NCBI GenBank assembly: GCA_963605945.1
Contig: CAVCWF010000151.1
Span: 1-38,453, forward strand
DNA length: 38,453 nt
Reading direction: 5' to 3'
Source: Lachnospiraceae bacterium
GTDB taxonomy: Bacteria > Bacillota > Clostridia > Oscillospirales > Oscillospiraceae
Made by a program: the position numbers and the translations under genes. The notes under the pieces are model-generated. The model was not told where the DNA came from. It worked only from the letters and a program-made list of their open reading frames with translations, and did no database searches. This document shows, piece by piece, positions 15,773-24,010 of the stretch (position 1 is its first letter; every line of letters starts with the position of its first letter).

Positions 15773-18658
15773 ATGCAGAATTTGTTGTCAAAACTCAACG
15801 CCGCGCAGCCGGGGGAGATATGCTCCGGCTTCAGGCTCATAAAGAGAGAATATGTCGCGGCGAAGTCCGCAGAGCTGTACACCCTGCGCCATGAAAAAAC
15901 CGGCGCGGAGCTGCTGTATTTCGACCGCGCGGATGAGAACAAAACCTTTGCCATCTGCTTCAAAACGCTCCCTGAGGATGACACGGGCGTGTTCCACATC
16001 CTTGAGCACAGCGTTCTGAACGGTTCGCGGCGCTTCCCGGTGAAGGAGCCGTTCGTCACGCTGCTGCAAGGCTCGATGCAGACCTATCTCAATGCCCTGA
16101 CCTTCAGCGACAAGACGCTGTACCCCGTCTCCAGCCGCAACGAGCAGGATCTCTTTAACCTCATGTCCGTCTATCTCGACGCGGTGTTTTGCCCGCTGAT
16201 ACATGAGCGCCCGGAGATATTCATGCAGGAGGGCTGGCACTACGAGTTCGACGGCGAGAGCGGCGAACCATACTATAACGGCGTCGTGTTCAGCGAGATG
16301 AAGGGCGCGTTTTCCGATGTGGACACGCTCATCGGCAACGAGATGCATCGCCTGCTCTATCCCGACACGAGCTACGGCTATGTCAGCGGCGGCGATCCCA
16401 AGTACATAACCGGCCTGAGCTACGGGAAATTCACCGCCGCGCACAAGCGCTTCTATCACCCCTCGAACGCGCGCATATTCCTCGACGGGCATATGAACAT
16501 CGACGCGGTGCTGGAGTATATCGACGGGGAGTATCTGTCGAAGTATGAGTACCGCGCGCCGGACTTCGACTTCGCCATGCAGACGCCCGTGACCGCAGAA
16601 AAGACCATCAGCTACGAGGTGCGCGAGGGCGAAGAGGCGCTGGCGCATATGGCGGCGGCGAAGATACTCTGCACCCACAAGGATGTCGAGAAGCTGTACG
16701 CGGCGGAGATACTCGCCGATTACCTGACCGGCTCCAACGAAGCGCCGCTCAAGCGCGCGTTTCTGGAAAGCGGCCTCGCGCAGGACGTGAGCATAGATGT
16801 GAACGACGGAGTGTATCAGCCGAACATCGCCGTCGTCGTGCGCAACACCGCCCCGGAGAATTTCGCCGCGATAAAGGCGTTCATCCCCGAAACGGTGCGC
16901 GGACTGCTGGCGGAAGGACTAAACCGAGAAGCCCTGTCCGCGTCGCTTGAGCGATCCGCGTTCACGAACCGCGAGATAACCGAGCCTTCCGGGCTGAACC
17001 TCGCCATACGCGCGCTGGACGGCTGGCTCTACGGAGACGATCCGCTCACGCATATAGACAACGCTTGGATATTCGACTCCCTGCGCGGGAAGCTGGACAC
17101 CGGTTATTTCACCGATCTGCTCGCCGAAATGCTCGGCAGCGCGGAAGACAAGTGCTATGTGTACGCCATGCCGTCCGCGGAGAAGGGGCAGGAGGACGCG
17201 CGCGAGGAGGCGGAGCGTCTGGCCGCGGCCACCGCGGACTGGGACGACGCGAAATATGCACAGGCCAGAGCGGAATTCGAGAAGATGCAGCAGTGGCAGC
17301 AGAGCATGGACAGCGAAGAAGACCTCGCCGCGCTGCCGCACCTGAACCTTGAGGACGTGCCCAAGGATGTCGTCCCGGCGAAAACCGAGCTTACCCGCGT
17401 TGACGGCGTAGAGGTGCTGCGGCTGGATTCCGACACCAACGGCATAGTCTATCTGAATCTGTACTTCGACGTGTCGGACTTCGACGCGGACGAACTGCGC
17501 CTGCTGAACGTACTGACCACCTTCTTCGGCGAACTGCGCACTGAGCACTATTCCGCCGACCGGCTCCAGACCAAGATCAAGGCAACCTTGGGCGGACTCG
17601 CGGCGCGCGTGGAGCTTATATCGAAGCGCGGCAATCTGCGCGAGTGCAGGCCGTACCTGCTGGTCTCCGCCAGTATGCTGGAGGAGAACGTCCCCGCGGC
17701 GCTGGAGCTGCTGGAGGAGCTGCTCATAAACGGGCGCTACGACGAGACGGGCAGGATAAACGAGACGATTCTGCAATCGGATTATTTCATAAAGCAGTCG
17801 CTCATCGGCAACGGCCACGCCTACGCCGTCACCAAGTCGCTGTCTGCGTTCTCCGCGGAGGTCGCGATGAAGGAGCTGCTTGAGGGCGAGAGCTTTGTGC
17901 GCTGGTTCTCCGACTTCGCCGCGAACTTTGAGGCAAATTCCGGCGAATACGCCGCGCGCTTTGCGGCGCTTGCCGCGAAGGCATTCGCTTCCAACCGCCT
18001 GTTCGCCGGCTTCGGCGGAAAGATGGACGCGCAGACACTCTGCGGCCTTATCCGCGCGCTGCCCGCAAACGAAAAGGGCGCGGCGGCGGAATATCCCTCC
18101 TATGACGGCGATGACTGCGCGATAGAGATCGCCTCCGATGTGGGCTACTCCGCGCTGGGGCATAACCTCTATGCGCTGGGCGGCAGCTTCAGCGGCGAGT
18201 ACGCGGTGATAGCCTCGCTCGTCAGCTACGGCTACCTCTGGAACATGATCCGCGTTCAGGGCGGCGCATACGGCACGGGCATGAACGTGCGCTCCAACGG
18301 CGACGTTTTCTGCTATTCCTACCGCGACCCGAACGTTGAAAATTCGCTGGCGGTCTACGGCGGCATACCCGATTTTCTGGCGGAATTCCTGAGTCAGGGG
18401 ATGCCGATGGACGATATCATCATCGGAACCGTCAACACCACGGAGCCGCTGCTCGACCCCGCGGGCGTGTGCGAGCTGGAGTGCATCAGATATCTGAAGG
18501 GCACCACGGCGGCGGACATTTCGCGCATCCGCCGGGAAATCCTCGGCACGACCGCCGAGAAACTCCTGAAGCTGGCGGAGCCGCTGAGAGCCTATGCCGA
18601 AAGCGGCAAGTTCTGCGCCGTCGGCAGCAAAAACGCAGTGGCGTTCCTGAATAAATAA
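15773..18658 (+). CDS. M16C (PreP-like) insulinase-family metallopeptidase
   Basis: The 961-aa product has the inverted zincin motif HILEH (HxxEH) in FHILEHSVLNGSRRFP near the N-terminus. AAGAGGA sits 6 nt upstream. Confidence 0.9.
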   Translation: MQNLLSKLNAAQPGEICSGFRLIKREYVAAKSAELYTLRHEKTGAELLYFDRADENKTFAICFKTLPEDDTGVFHILEHSVLNGSRRFPVKEPFVTLLQGSMQTYLNALTFSDKTLYPVSSRNEQDLFNLMSVYLDAVFCPLIHERPEIFMQEGWHYEFDGESGEPYYNGVVFSEMKGAFSDVDTLIGNEMHRLLYPDTSYGYVSGGDPKYITGLSYGKFTAAHKRFYHPSNARIFLDGHMNIDAVLEYIDGEYLSKYEYRAPDFDFAMQTPVTAEKTISYEVREGEEALAHMAAAKILCTHKDVEKLYAAEILADYLTGSNEAPLKRAFLESGLAQDVSIDVNDGVYQPNIAVVVRNTAPENFAAIKAFIPETVRGLLAEGLNREALSASLERSAFTNREITEPSGLNLAIRALDGWLYGDDPLTHIDNAWIFDSLRGKLDTGYFTDLLAEMLGSAEDKCYVYAMPSAEKGQEDAREEAERLAAATADWDDAKYAQARAEFEKMQQWQQSMDSEEDLAALPHLNLEDVPKDVVPAKTELTRVDGVEVLRLDSDTNGIVYLNLYFDVSDFDADELRLLNVLTTFFGELRTEHYSADRLQTKIKATLGGLAARVELISKRGNLRECRPYLLVSASMLEENVPAALELLEELLINGRYDETGRINETILQSDYFIKQSLIGNGHAYAVTKSLSAFSAEVAMKELLEGESFVRWFSDFAANFEANSGEYAARFAALAAKAFASNRLFAGFGGKMDAQTLCGLIRALPANEKGAAAEYPSYDGDDCAIEIASDVGYSALGHNLYALGGSFSGEYAVIASLVSYGYLWNMIRVQGGAYGTGMNVRSNGDVFCYSYRDPNVENSLAVYGGIPDFLAEFLSQGMPMDDIIIGTVNTTEPLLDPAGVCELECIRYLKGTTAADISRIRREILGTTAEKLLKLAEPLRAYAESGKFCAVGSKNAVAFLNK

Positions 18659-18679
18659 GGCAAAAAGTAAGCATAAAAC

Positions 18680-18706
18680 AACTCCGGAAGCATTGCTTCC
18701 GGAGTT
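18680..18706. terminator. Bidirectional intrinsic terminator between convergent genes
   Basis: The near-perfect palindrome AACTCCGGAAGCA / TGCTTCCGGAGTT has T-rich flanks on both strands. It sits between the stops at 18658 (+) and 18711 (-). Confidence 0.75.
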
Positions 18707-18710
18707 ATTC

Positions 18711-19184
18711 TTATAAATCTTTTATCTCGCAGGCTATCGCGCCGTTATCAAAGACGGTGACGACCGCCCATGTCAGCGTACGGCCTTTTCCGGCGGTGCC
18801 GGGGTTGAGAAGCTGGACGCCGCCCGCCTCGCCGTAATACGCCTCGTGCGTGTGGCCGAACATGGCGATCTTCGCCCCGGCCTCCTGCGCGGCGTACACG
18901 AGCGAATCGAGCCTGCCGTATTCGACGCCATAGGTGTGCCCGTGGCAGATGAAAGCCTTCACGGGGCCGAGCGGAACAATATCGGTATCCGGCGCGTCGG
19001 AAGAGATGTCGCAGTTGCCGCGCACGGAGTAGAGCGGGATTTCGGGGAACTTCTCGCGCAGGATCGCGGTGTCGCGGGAGTGGTCGCCAAGGTGGATTAT
19101 CAGGTCAGGGCGGCAGCGCGACACGGCCTCGGCCATGAGCGCGGTGTTGCTGTGAGTGTCGGAAAAAACGGCAGCTTTCATCAT
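18711..19184 (-). CDS. YfcE / MJ0936-family metallophosphoesterase
   Basis: I trimmed the start to ATG 19184, with AAGGAGA upstream. The 157-aa product carries the calcineurin-like motifs FSDTHS, HLGDH, RGNCD, CHGH and FGHTHE. Confidence 0.8.
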   Translation of the reverse strand: MMKAAVFSDTHSNTALMAEAVSRCRPDLIIHLGDHSRDTAILREKFPEIPLYSVRGNCDISSDAPDTDIVPLGPVKAFICHGHTYGVEYGRLDSLVYAAQEAGAKIAMFGHTHEAYYGEAGGVQLLNPGTAGKGRTLTWAVVTVFDNGAIACEIKDL

Positions 19185-19200
19185 GTATTCTCCTTTGTGA

Positions 19201-19229
19201 TTATCATTGAGACGGCTCCTGAATATAAT
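19201..19229 (+). promoter_or_regulatory. Candidate promoter (-35 TTATCA, 17-bp spacer, -10 TATAAT) for the small-gene trio
   Basis: TTATCA lies at 19201-19206 and a consensus TATAAT at 19224-19229. The promoter is 25 nt upstream of ATG 19254. Confidence 0.4.
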
Positions 19230-19253
19230 GTAGCGAACAGGAGCGTGATTTCC

Positions 19254-19493
19254 ATGAAAGATTTTGAACGCATAGGCAAAGAGCTTGAGCGGCGCGGCAA
19301 GACCGGCAGCATCAAGAGCATTGCAGAGTCCGAGGACGGACAGCGTATAAGCAAGATGATAGATACGGAGGCGGTCGAGCGCGCCGCGCGCAGCGGGGAC
19401 GCCGCGGCGATGAAAAATATCCTTGGGCAGGTGCTCGGCACCGCGGAGGGCAAGCGCCTCGCGGAGAGCATCCGCCGCATGATGCAGGATTAA
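19254..19493 (+). CDS. Hypothetical small protein (79 aa)
   Basis: This internal ATG lies within a longer shadow ORF. AGGAG sits 10 nt upstream. The product is a charged helical protein, MKDFERIGKELERRGKTGSIK.... The gene is co-oriented with and closely spaced to the next two small genes. Confidence 0.5.
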   Translation: MKDFERIGKELERRGKTGSIKSIAESEDGQRISKMIDTEAVERAARSGDAAAMKNILGQVLGTAEGKRLAESIRRMMQD

Positions 19494-19506
19494 AACGGAG
19501 GCCGCC

Positions 19507-19848
19507 ATGAGTGAATTTGAAGATAAGCTCAACAGTGTCCTCGGCGACCCGGCGCAGATGGAGAAGATAGCGAATCTGGCAAAGACGCTCATGGGCGGAG
19601 ACGGCGGCGCTCAGGAACCCTCTCCGGAGCCGTTCGGCGGCCTTGATATCGACCCCGGCCTCATAAGCCGCATCGGCAGGCTTATGAACGGCGACGGCGA
19701 TGACAACAAGCAGCGGCTTTTGCAGGCGATGGAGCCGTACCTGTCGGAAAAGCGGCGCGGCAAGATGGATAAGGCGCTGAAGATAGCGCGCCTTGCGCGC
19801 ATCGCAAAGGCCGCGATGGGGGAGGAGGGCGGCGATGGCAAGCTATAA
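19507..19848 (+). CDS. Hypothetical small protein (113 aa)
   Basis: ACGGAGG sits 5 nt upstream of the ATG. The product shares an L-x2-VLG-x6-(L/I)A-x2-(I/L)-x2-(L/M)M motif with the preceding protein. Confidence 0.6.
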   Translation: MSEFEDKLNSVLGDPAQMEKIANLAKTLMGGDGGAQEPSPEPFGGLDIDPGLISRIGRLMNGDGDDNKQRLLQAMEPYLSEKRRGKMDKALKIARLARIAKAAMGEEGGDGKL

Positions 19849-20131
19849 CCGCTATCAGGGCAACACCGGCCGCGTCACGCGCGTAGACGAGCGCCGGGCG
19901 GAACGTCCGCCGGAGGAACCGCCGCGGCAGTACCCCGCGCCGCGCCCGCCGGATGCGCCGAAGCCGAGACCTCTGCCGCTGCTGGGCGGCTCGCTGGCAG
20001 ACCTGCTGCCGAAGAGCTTCGGCGAGCTTGAGACGGAGGACATCATCCTCCTGCTCATTCTCTATCTCATGTACCGCGAGAGCGGCGACAGCGAGTTGCT
20101 GATCATAATGGGCGCGATGTTCTTATTATAA
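19835..20131 (+). CDS. Hypothetical Pro-rich protein with hydrophobic C-terminus (98 aa)
   Basis: I trimmed the start to ATG 19835, with GGAGGAGGG upstream. It overlaps the previous gene by 14 nt. The central region is PPEEPPRQYPAPRPPDAPKPRPLP and the C-terminus is IILLLILYLMY...LLIIMGAMFLL. Confidence 0.55.
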   Translation: MASYNRYQGNTGRVTRVDERRAERPPEEPPRQYPAPRPPDAPKPRPLPLLGGSLADLLPKSFGELETEDIILLLILYLMYRESGDSELLIIMGAMFLL

Positions 20132-20154
20132 TTATAAAAGTTTTCTATAACAAC

Positions 20155-20180
20155 GCCGCCGTGTGTTTTCACACGGCGGC
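20155..20180. terminator. Hairpin between convergent genes (GCCGCCGTGTG-TTTT-CACACGGCGGC)
   Basis: A perfect 11-bp GC-rich stem has a 4-nt loop. It lies between the stops at 20131 (+) and 20187 (-). The flanking T-tracts are weak. Confidence 0.55.
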
Positions 20181-20186
20181 ACAGTG

Positions 20187-21275
20187 TTATTTATGCTCGG
20201 TTTCGGCGTCGTCCCGGCGGTGATGCAGGTTCGGGTTGCGCCAGAAGACGTAGAGCCAGACCATGAGCGCGATGATGAACGCGCAGACGGCGCACACTAT
20301 GCGCACGAGAGCGCCGGAGCCTGCGAGCAGCACAGCGATAAGGCCGAGCACGGCGGATATGCCGTACAGTACGGCGACCGCCTGCTTCTGGCTCAGTCCG
20401 AGCGCAAGGAGCCGGTGATGGAAGTGCCCCTTGTCGGCGTGGAACGGGCTTTGCCCGTGGATTATCCGGCGGAAGAAGGCGAAGACCGTATCCGCCAGAG
20501 GAACTGCGAGCGCCAGCAGCGGCACAAGGAAGGTTATCATGGCGTGCAGCTTGAACATACCCATTATTGACGCAGTTGACAGAACAAAACCGAGAAGCTG
20601 CGAGCCGACATCGCCCATGAAGATCTTGGCCGGGTTAAAATTGTACGGAATGAAGCCGAGGCACGCGCCGGTGAGCGCGGCGAGGATGACGGCGACGCTT
20701 GGCTCCGCCACGAACATCGCCACGACCAGCATCGTCAGCGAGCTTATCGTCGACACGCCGACGGCCAGCCCGTCCAGCCCGTCTATCAGATTGACGGCAT
20801 TTGTGCAGCCGACGATCCAGAGAAGGGTCAGCGGGATGGGGAGATAATTTGCGAGGACGAAGGTGGTCTGCTCGGAAAACGGGTTCGGGTTCGATATCGC
20901 GTCGAAAACTATGCCGCAGCGGATCGCGACGACGGCGGCGACTATCTGCCCAGCGAGCTTGACCCACGCATTGAGGTTGACGATATCGTCTATTGCGCCC
21001 ATTACGACGATTATCAGCGCGCCCAGCAGGATGCCGAGCACCGGCGTCGATACGTCGACAAATATGAGCAGCGAAAGCACAAAGCCGATGAAGATGGCAA
21101 GGCCGCCCATGCGGGGGATCGGGTGGTTGTGCACACGGCGCTCGTCCTTCGGGACGTCTATCGCGCCGACCTTTTCAGCAAAGCGCTTGACCGGAGGCGT
21201 CATCATGTACGACACCGCCGCCGCAAACGCTATTGCCAGCAGCAGCTTGAGCCACAGTGACATATCTGAAATCAT
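20187..21275 (-). CDS. Glycosyltransferase family 4: undecaprenyl-phosphate N-acetylhexosamine-1-phosphate transferase (WecA/TagO/MraY-like)
   Basis: This polytopic membrane protein carries NAVNLIDGLDGLA, MGDVGSQLLGF and HHRLL motifs. GGGAGGAG sits 4 nt upstream of ATG 21275. Confidence 0.85.
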   Translation of the reverse strand: MISDMSLWLKLLLAIAFAAAVSYMMTPPVKRFAEKVGAIDVPKDERRVHNHPIPRMGGLAIFIGFVLSLLIFVDVSTPVLGILLGALIIVVMGAIDDIVNLNAWVKLAGQIVAAVVAIRCGIVFDAISNPNPFSEQTTFVLANYLPIPLTLLWIVGCTNAVNLIDGLDGLAVGVSTISSLTMLVVAMFVAEPSVAVILAALTGACLGFIPYNFNPAKIFMGDVGSQLLGFVLSTASIMGMFKLHAMITFLVPLLALAVPLADTVFAFFRRIIHGQSPFHADKGHFHHRLLALGLSQKQAVAVLYGISAVLGLIAVLLAGSGALVRIVCAVCAFIIALMVWLYVFWRNPNLHHRRDDAETEHK

Positions 21276-21287
21276 GGCGCTCCTCCC

Positions 21288-22304
21288 TTAGAACGGCTTC
21301 TCCACAAGGCCGACGCGCTTGTAAACCTTGCGCAGAGTTTTGCGGGCAACGGAGCTTGCCTTCATTGCGCCGTCCGTATATACCTGCTTGAGGTATGCTT
21401 TGTCCGCGAGTATGCGCTCGGCCTCCTCGCGTATGGGGCGCAGCGTCTCGATGACGGCGTCGCCCACGGCGGGCTTGAACACGCCGTAGCCCTTGCCGGC
21501 GAATTCGCTCTCGATCTCGTCAAAGCTCTTGCCGGTGACGGAGGAATATATGTTCATCAAATTTGCGACGCCGGGCTTGTTCTCCGGATCGTAGCGGACG
21601 CAGCGCTCGGTGTCGGAGTCGGTGATGGCGCGCTTGAACTTGCGGGCGATCTCTTCGGGGCTGTCCATGAGGAACACACAGCCCGCGGGATCGGACTTGG
21701 ACATCTTGGAGGTCGGGTTGCCGAGACTCATAATGCGCGCGCCGACCTTGGGAATATAGGGTTCGGGAACCTTGAAGGTCTCACCGTAGAGGTTATTGAA
21801 GCGGTTGGCGATATCGCGCGTCAGCTCGCAGTGCTGCTTCTGATCCTCGCCGACGGGAACGTAGTCGGCCTGATACAGCAGAATATCCGCCGCCATGAGG
21901 GACGGATAGGTGAAGAGGCCGCCGTTTATATTGTCGGCGTTCTTTGCGCATTTGTCCTTGAACTGGGTCATGCGGCTCAGCTCGCCGAACATGGTGTAGC
22001 AGTTGAGTATCCAGCCAAGCTCCGCGTGCTCGTGCACGTGGCTCTGGAGGAATAGGACGTTCTTCTCAGGGTCAAGCCCGCAGGCGATATACTGCGCGAG
22101 CTGAGTGGTGGAGCGGCGGCGCAGCTCGGCCGGATTCTGGCGCACGGTGAGCGTGTGCAGGTCGGCCATGAAATAAAAACAATTGAACTCGTCAGGGAGA
22201 GCAGCCCAGTTCTTTACGGCGCCGAGGTAATTGCCGAGGTGCAGGTCGCCGGACGGCTGGATGCCGGAGAGTAAGGTCTTTTTTTCAACAGTATTATTAT
22301 CCAT
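21288..22304 (-). CDS. trpS: Tryptophan--tRNA ligase
   Basis: The 338-aa product has the class I motifs SGIQPSGDLHLGNYLG (HIGH region) and KMSKS (SKMSKSD), with an overall TrpRS-like layout. Confidence 0.95.
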   Translation of the reverse strand: MDNNTVEKKTLLSGIQPSGDLHLGNYLGAVKNWAALPDEFNCFYFMADLHTLTVRQNPAELRRRSTTQLAQYIACGLDPEKNVLFLQSHVHEHAELGWILNCYTMFGELSRMTQFKDKCAKNADNINGGLFTYPSLMAADILLYQADYVPVGEDQKQHCELTRDIANRFNNLYGETFKVPEPYIPKVGARIMSLGNPTSKMSKSDPAGCVFLMDSPEEIARKFKRAITDSDTERCVRYDPENKPGVANLMNIYSSVTGKSFDEIESEFAGKGYGVFKPAVGDAVIETLRPIREEAERILADKAYLKQVYTDGAMKASSVARKTLRKVYKRVGLVEKPF

Positions 22305-22355
22305 CGTCTTTTCTCCAATCCATGTGCAGAAAGGTGCTCTTTCGAGCGTCTTTAT

Positions 22356-22406
22356 ATTGTATCAAATCAACTTCGACTTGACAAGCGGTAAAATGTAAAA
22401 TAATAT
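22356..22406. promoter_or_regulatory. Back-to-back divergent sigma-70-type promoters for trpS (-) and gltX (+) with overlapping -35 boxes
   Basis: Plus strand: TTGACA 22378-22383, 17 nt, TAATAT 22401-22406. Minus strand: TTGTCA (complement of 22379-22384), 17 nt, TACAAT (complement of 22356-22361). Confidence 0.55.
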
Positions 22407-22468
22407 ATAGATTGATTTCAAGCATATCAGGCTCCGGCGCTGCCGCTGCCCGTTGGAGGATAAGTATA

Positions 22469-23944
22469 ATGAAAGACATGAAATGGTTTGAAGAGATGGA
22501 GGCGCGTATTCCGCACGGCGAGGTACGCACGCGGTTTGCGCCGTCGCCTACCGGATATATGCATGTTGGCAACCTGCGCACGGCGCTCTACACCTATCTG
22601 ATAGCGCGCCACGCGGGCGGAAAATTCATCCTGCGCATCGAGGATACCGATCAGGTGCGCAAGGTCGAGGGTGCGGTCGAGGTCATATACAAGACCATGG
22701 CCGAGTGCCATCTGGAGCATGACGAAGGCCCTGATATCGGCGGCCCCGTAGGCCCTTATGTGCAGACCGAGCGCCGCCCGCTGTATAAGGAATATGCCGA
22801 CCTTCTCATAGAGCGCGGACATGCCTACCGCTGCTTCTGCGAGAAGACCGAGAGCGAGGAGGACACCGGCGATTTCGATCGCGCGGATGATCCCTGCCGC
22901 GTTATGAGCCGCGAGGAGTCTGACCGCCGCTCCGCTGCGGGCGAGCCTTACGTTGTCCGCCAGCTTATCCCGCACGAGGGTACTACCACCTTCCATGACG
23001 AGATATTCGGCGACATCACCGTCGAGAACAAGACGCTGGACGATCAGGTGCTCATAAAGCGCGACGGCCTGCCGACCTACAACTTCGCCAACGTCATTGA
23101 CGACCATCTCATGGGCATCACCCATGTCGTGCGCGGCAGCGAGTATCTGTCCTCCGCGCCGAAATACAATCTGCTGTACGAGGGCTTCGGCTGGGATATC
23201 CCCAAGTATGTCCACTGCTCGCCTGTCATGCGCGACGCGCACAACAAGATGTCCAAGCGCCACGGCGACCCCTCCTACGAGGATCTTATCGCGCAGGGCT
23301 TCCTGACCGACGCGGTGCTCAACTATGTGACGCTGCTGGGCTGGAGCCCGCGCGGCGAGCAGGAGATATTCACGCTTGACGAGCTGAAGAAGGTCTTTGA
23401 CCTCAGCGGCGTCTCCAAGTCCCCCGCAATATTCGATATCGAAAAGCTGCGCTACTTCAACAGCGAGTACATCCGCGCAATGAGCGCAGAGGAGTTTGCA
23501 AAGGTGGCAGAGCCGTTCATCCGCAGGAGCGTGAAGAACGAGAAGTATGACGCCGCCGCCATCGCCGCTCTCCTCCAGCAGCGTACCGAGGTTCTGACCG
23601 ATATCCCCGAAAAGGTGGACTTCTTCGACGAGCTGCCCGAATACGGCGCGGAGCTGTTCGTGCACAAGAAATCCAAGTCCGACGAGGCGTCCTCGAAGGC
23701 GGTGCTTGAGCAGATCGTCCCCGTTTTCGAGTCCATCTCCGACTGGAACGACGAGAACATCATGGCCGCGATGGTCGGCCTTGCGGAGCGCATGGAGGCC
23801 AAGAACGCAAAGGTCATGTGGCCGGTGCGCATCGCGGCGGCGGGCAAGGCGGTCACGCCGGGCGGCGCGGTCGAGATATGCCGCATCCTCGGCAAGGACG
23901 AGACGCTGAGAAGAATTCACGTTGCGCTGGAGAAGCTGGCGTAA
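22469..23944 (+). CDS. gltX: Glutamate--tRNA ligase
   Basis: Carries RFAPSPTGYMHVGNLRTALY (HIGH) and KMSKRHG (KMSKS). I trimmed the start to ATG 22469, with GGAGG 9 nt upstream. Confidence 0.95.
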   Translation: MKDMKWFEEMEARIPHGEVRTRFAPSPTGYMHVGNLRTALYTYLIARHAGGKFILRIEDTDQVRKVEGAVEVIYKTMAECHLEHDEGPDIGGPVGPYVQTERRPLYKEYADLLIERGHAYRCFCEKTESEEDTGDFDRADDPCRVMSREESDRRSAAGEPYVVRQLIPHEGTTTFHDEIFGDITVENKTLDDQVLIKRDGLPTYNFANVIDDHLMGITHVVRGSEYLSSAPKYNLLYEGFGWDIPKYVHCSPVMRDAHNKMSKRHGDPSYEDLIAQGFLTDAVLNYVTLLGWSPRGEQEIFTLDELKKVFDLSGVSKSPAIFDIEKLRYFNSEYIRAMSAEEFAKVAEPFIRRSVKNEKYDAAAIAALLQQRTEVLTDIPEKVDFFDELPEYGAELFVHKKSKSDEASSKAVLEQIVPVFESISDWNDENIMAAMVGLAERMEAKNAKVMWPVRIAAAGKAVTPGGAVEICRILGKDETLRRIHVALEKLA

Positions 23945-23970
23945 ATTCCATATTTTGCATTAGTAATTAT

Positions 23971-24009
23971 CCCCTTACGGAGAATAATAAATCCGTAAGG
24001 GGGTTTTTA
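23971..24009 (+). terminator. Intrinsic terminator of gltX
   Basis: The stem CCCCTTACGGA / TCCGTAAGGGG (23971-23981 / 23992-24002) has a 10-nt AT loop and is followed by GTTTTT. Confidence 0.8.
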
Positions 24010-24010
24010 T

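Noticed and set aside
12598-15791. 500-aa and 404-aa minus-strand ORFs (12598-14100, 14577-15791)
   Set aside because: They are antisense to the two ABC exporter genes, which carry complete Walker A/B and signature motifs. The products are Arg/Ala/His-rich with no recognisable domains.
15788-18163. 296-aa and 414-aa minus-strand ORFs opposite the M16C peptidase gene
   Set aside because: The same shadow-ORF reasoning applies. The plus-strand frame carries HxxEH and is open for 961 codons.
22305-22468. T-box riboswitch upstream of trpS
   Set aside because: Only 164 bp are available and they are shared with the gltX promoter. The predicted leader is about 50 nt. I saw no specifier-loop/antiterminator architecture and no conserved T-box sequence.
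22427-23920. 497-aa minus-strand ORF
   Set aside because: It is antisense to gltX, which has HIGH and KMSKS motifs. It is a shadow ORF.
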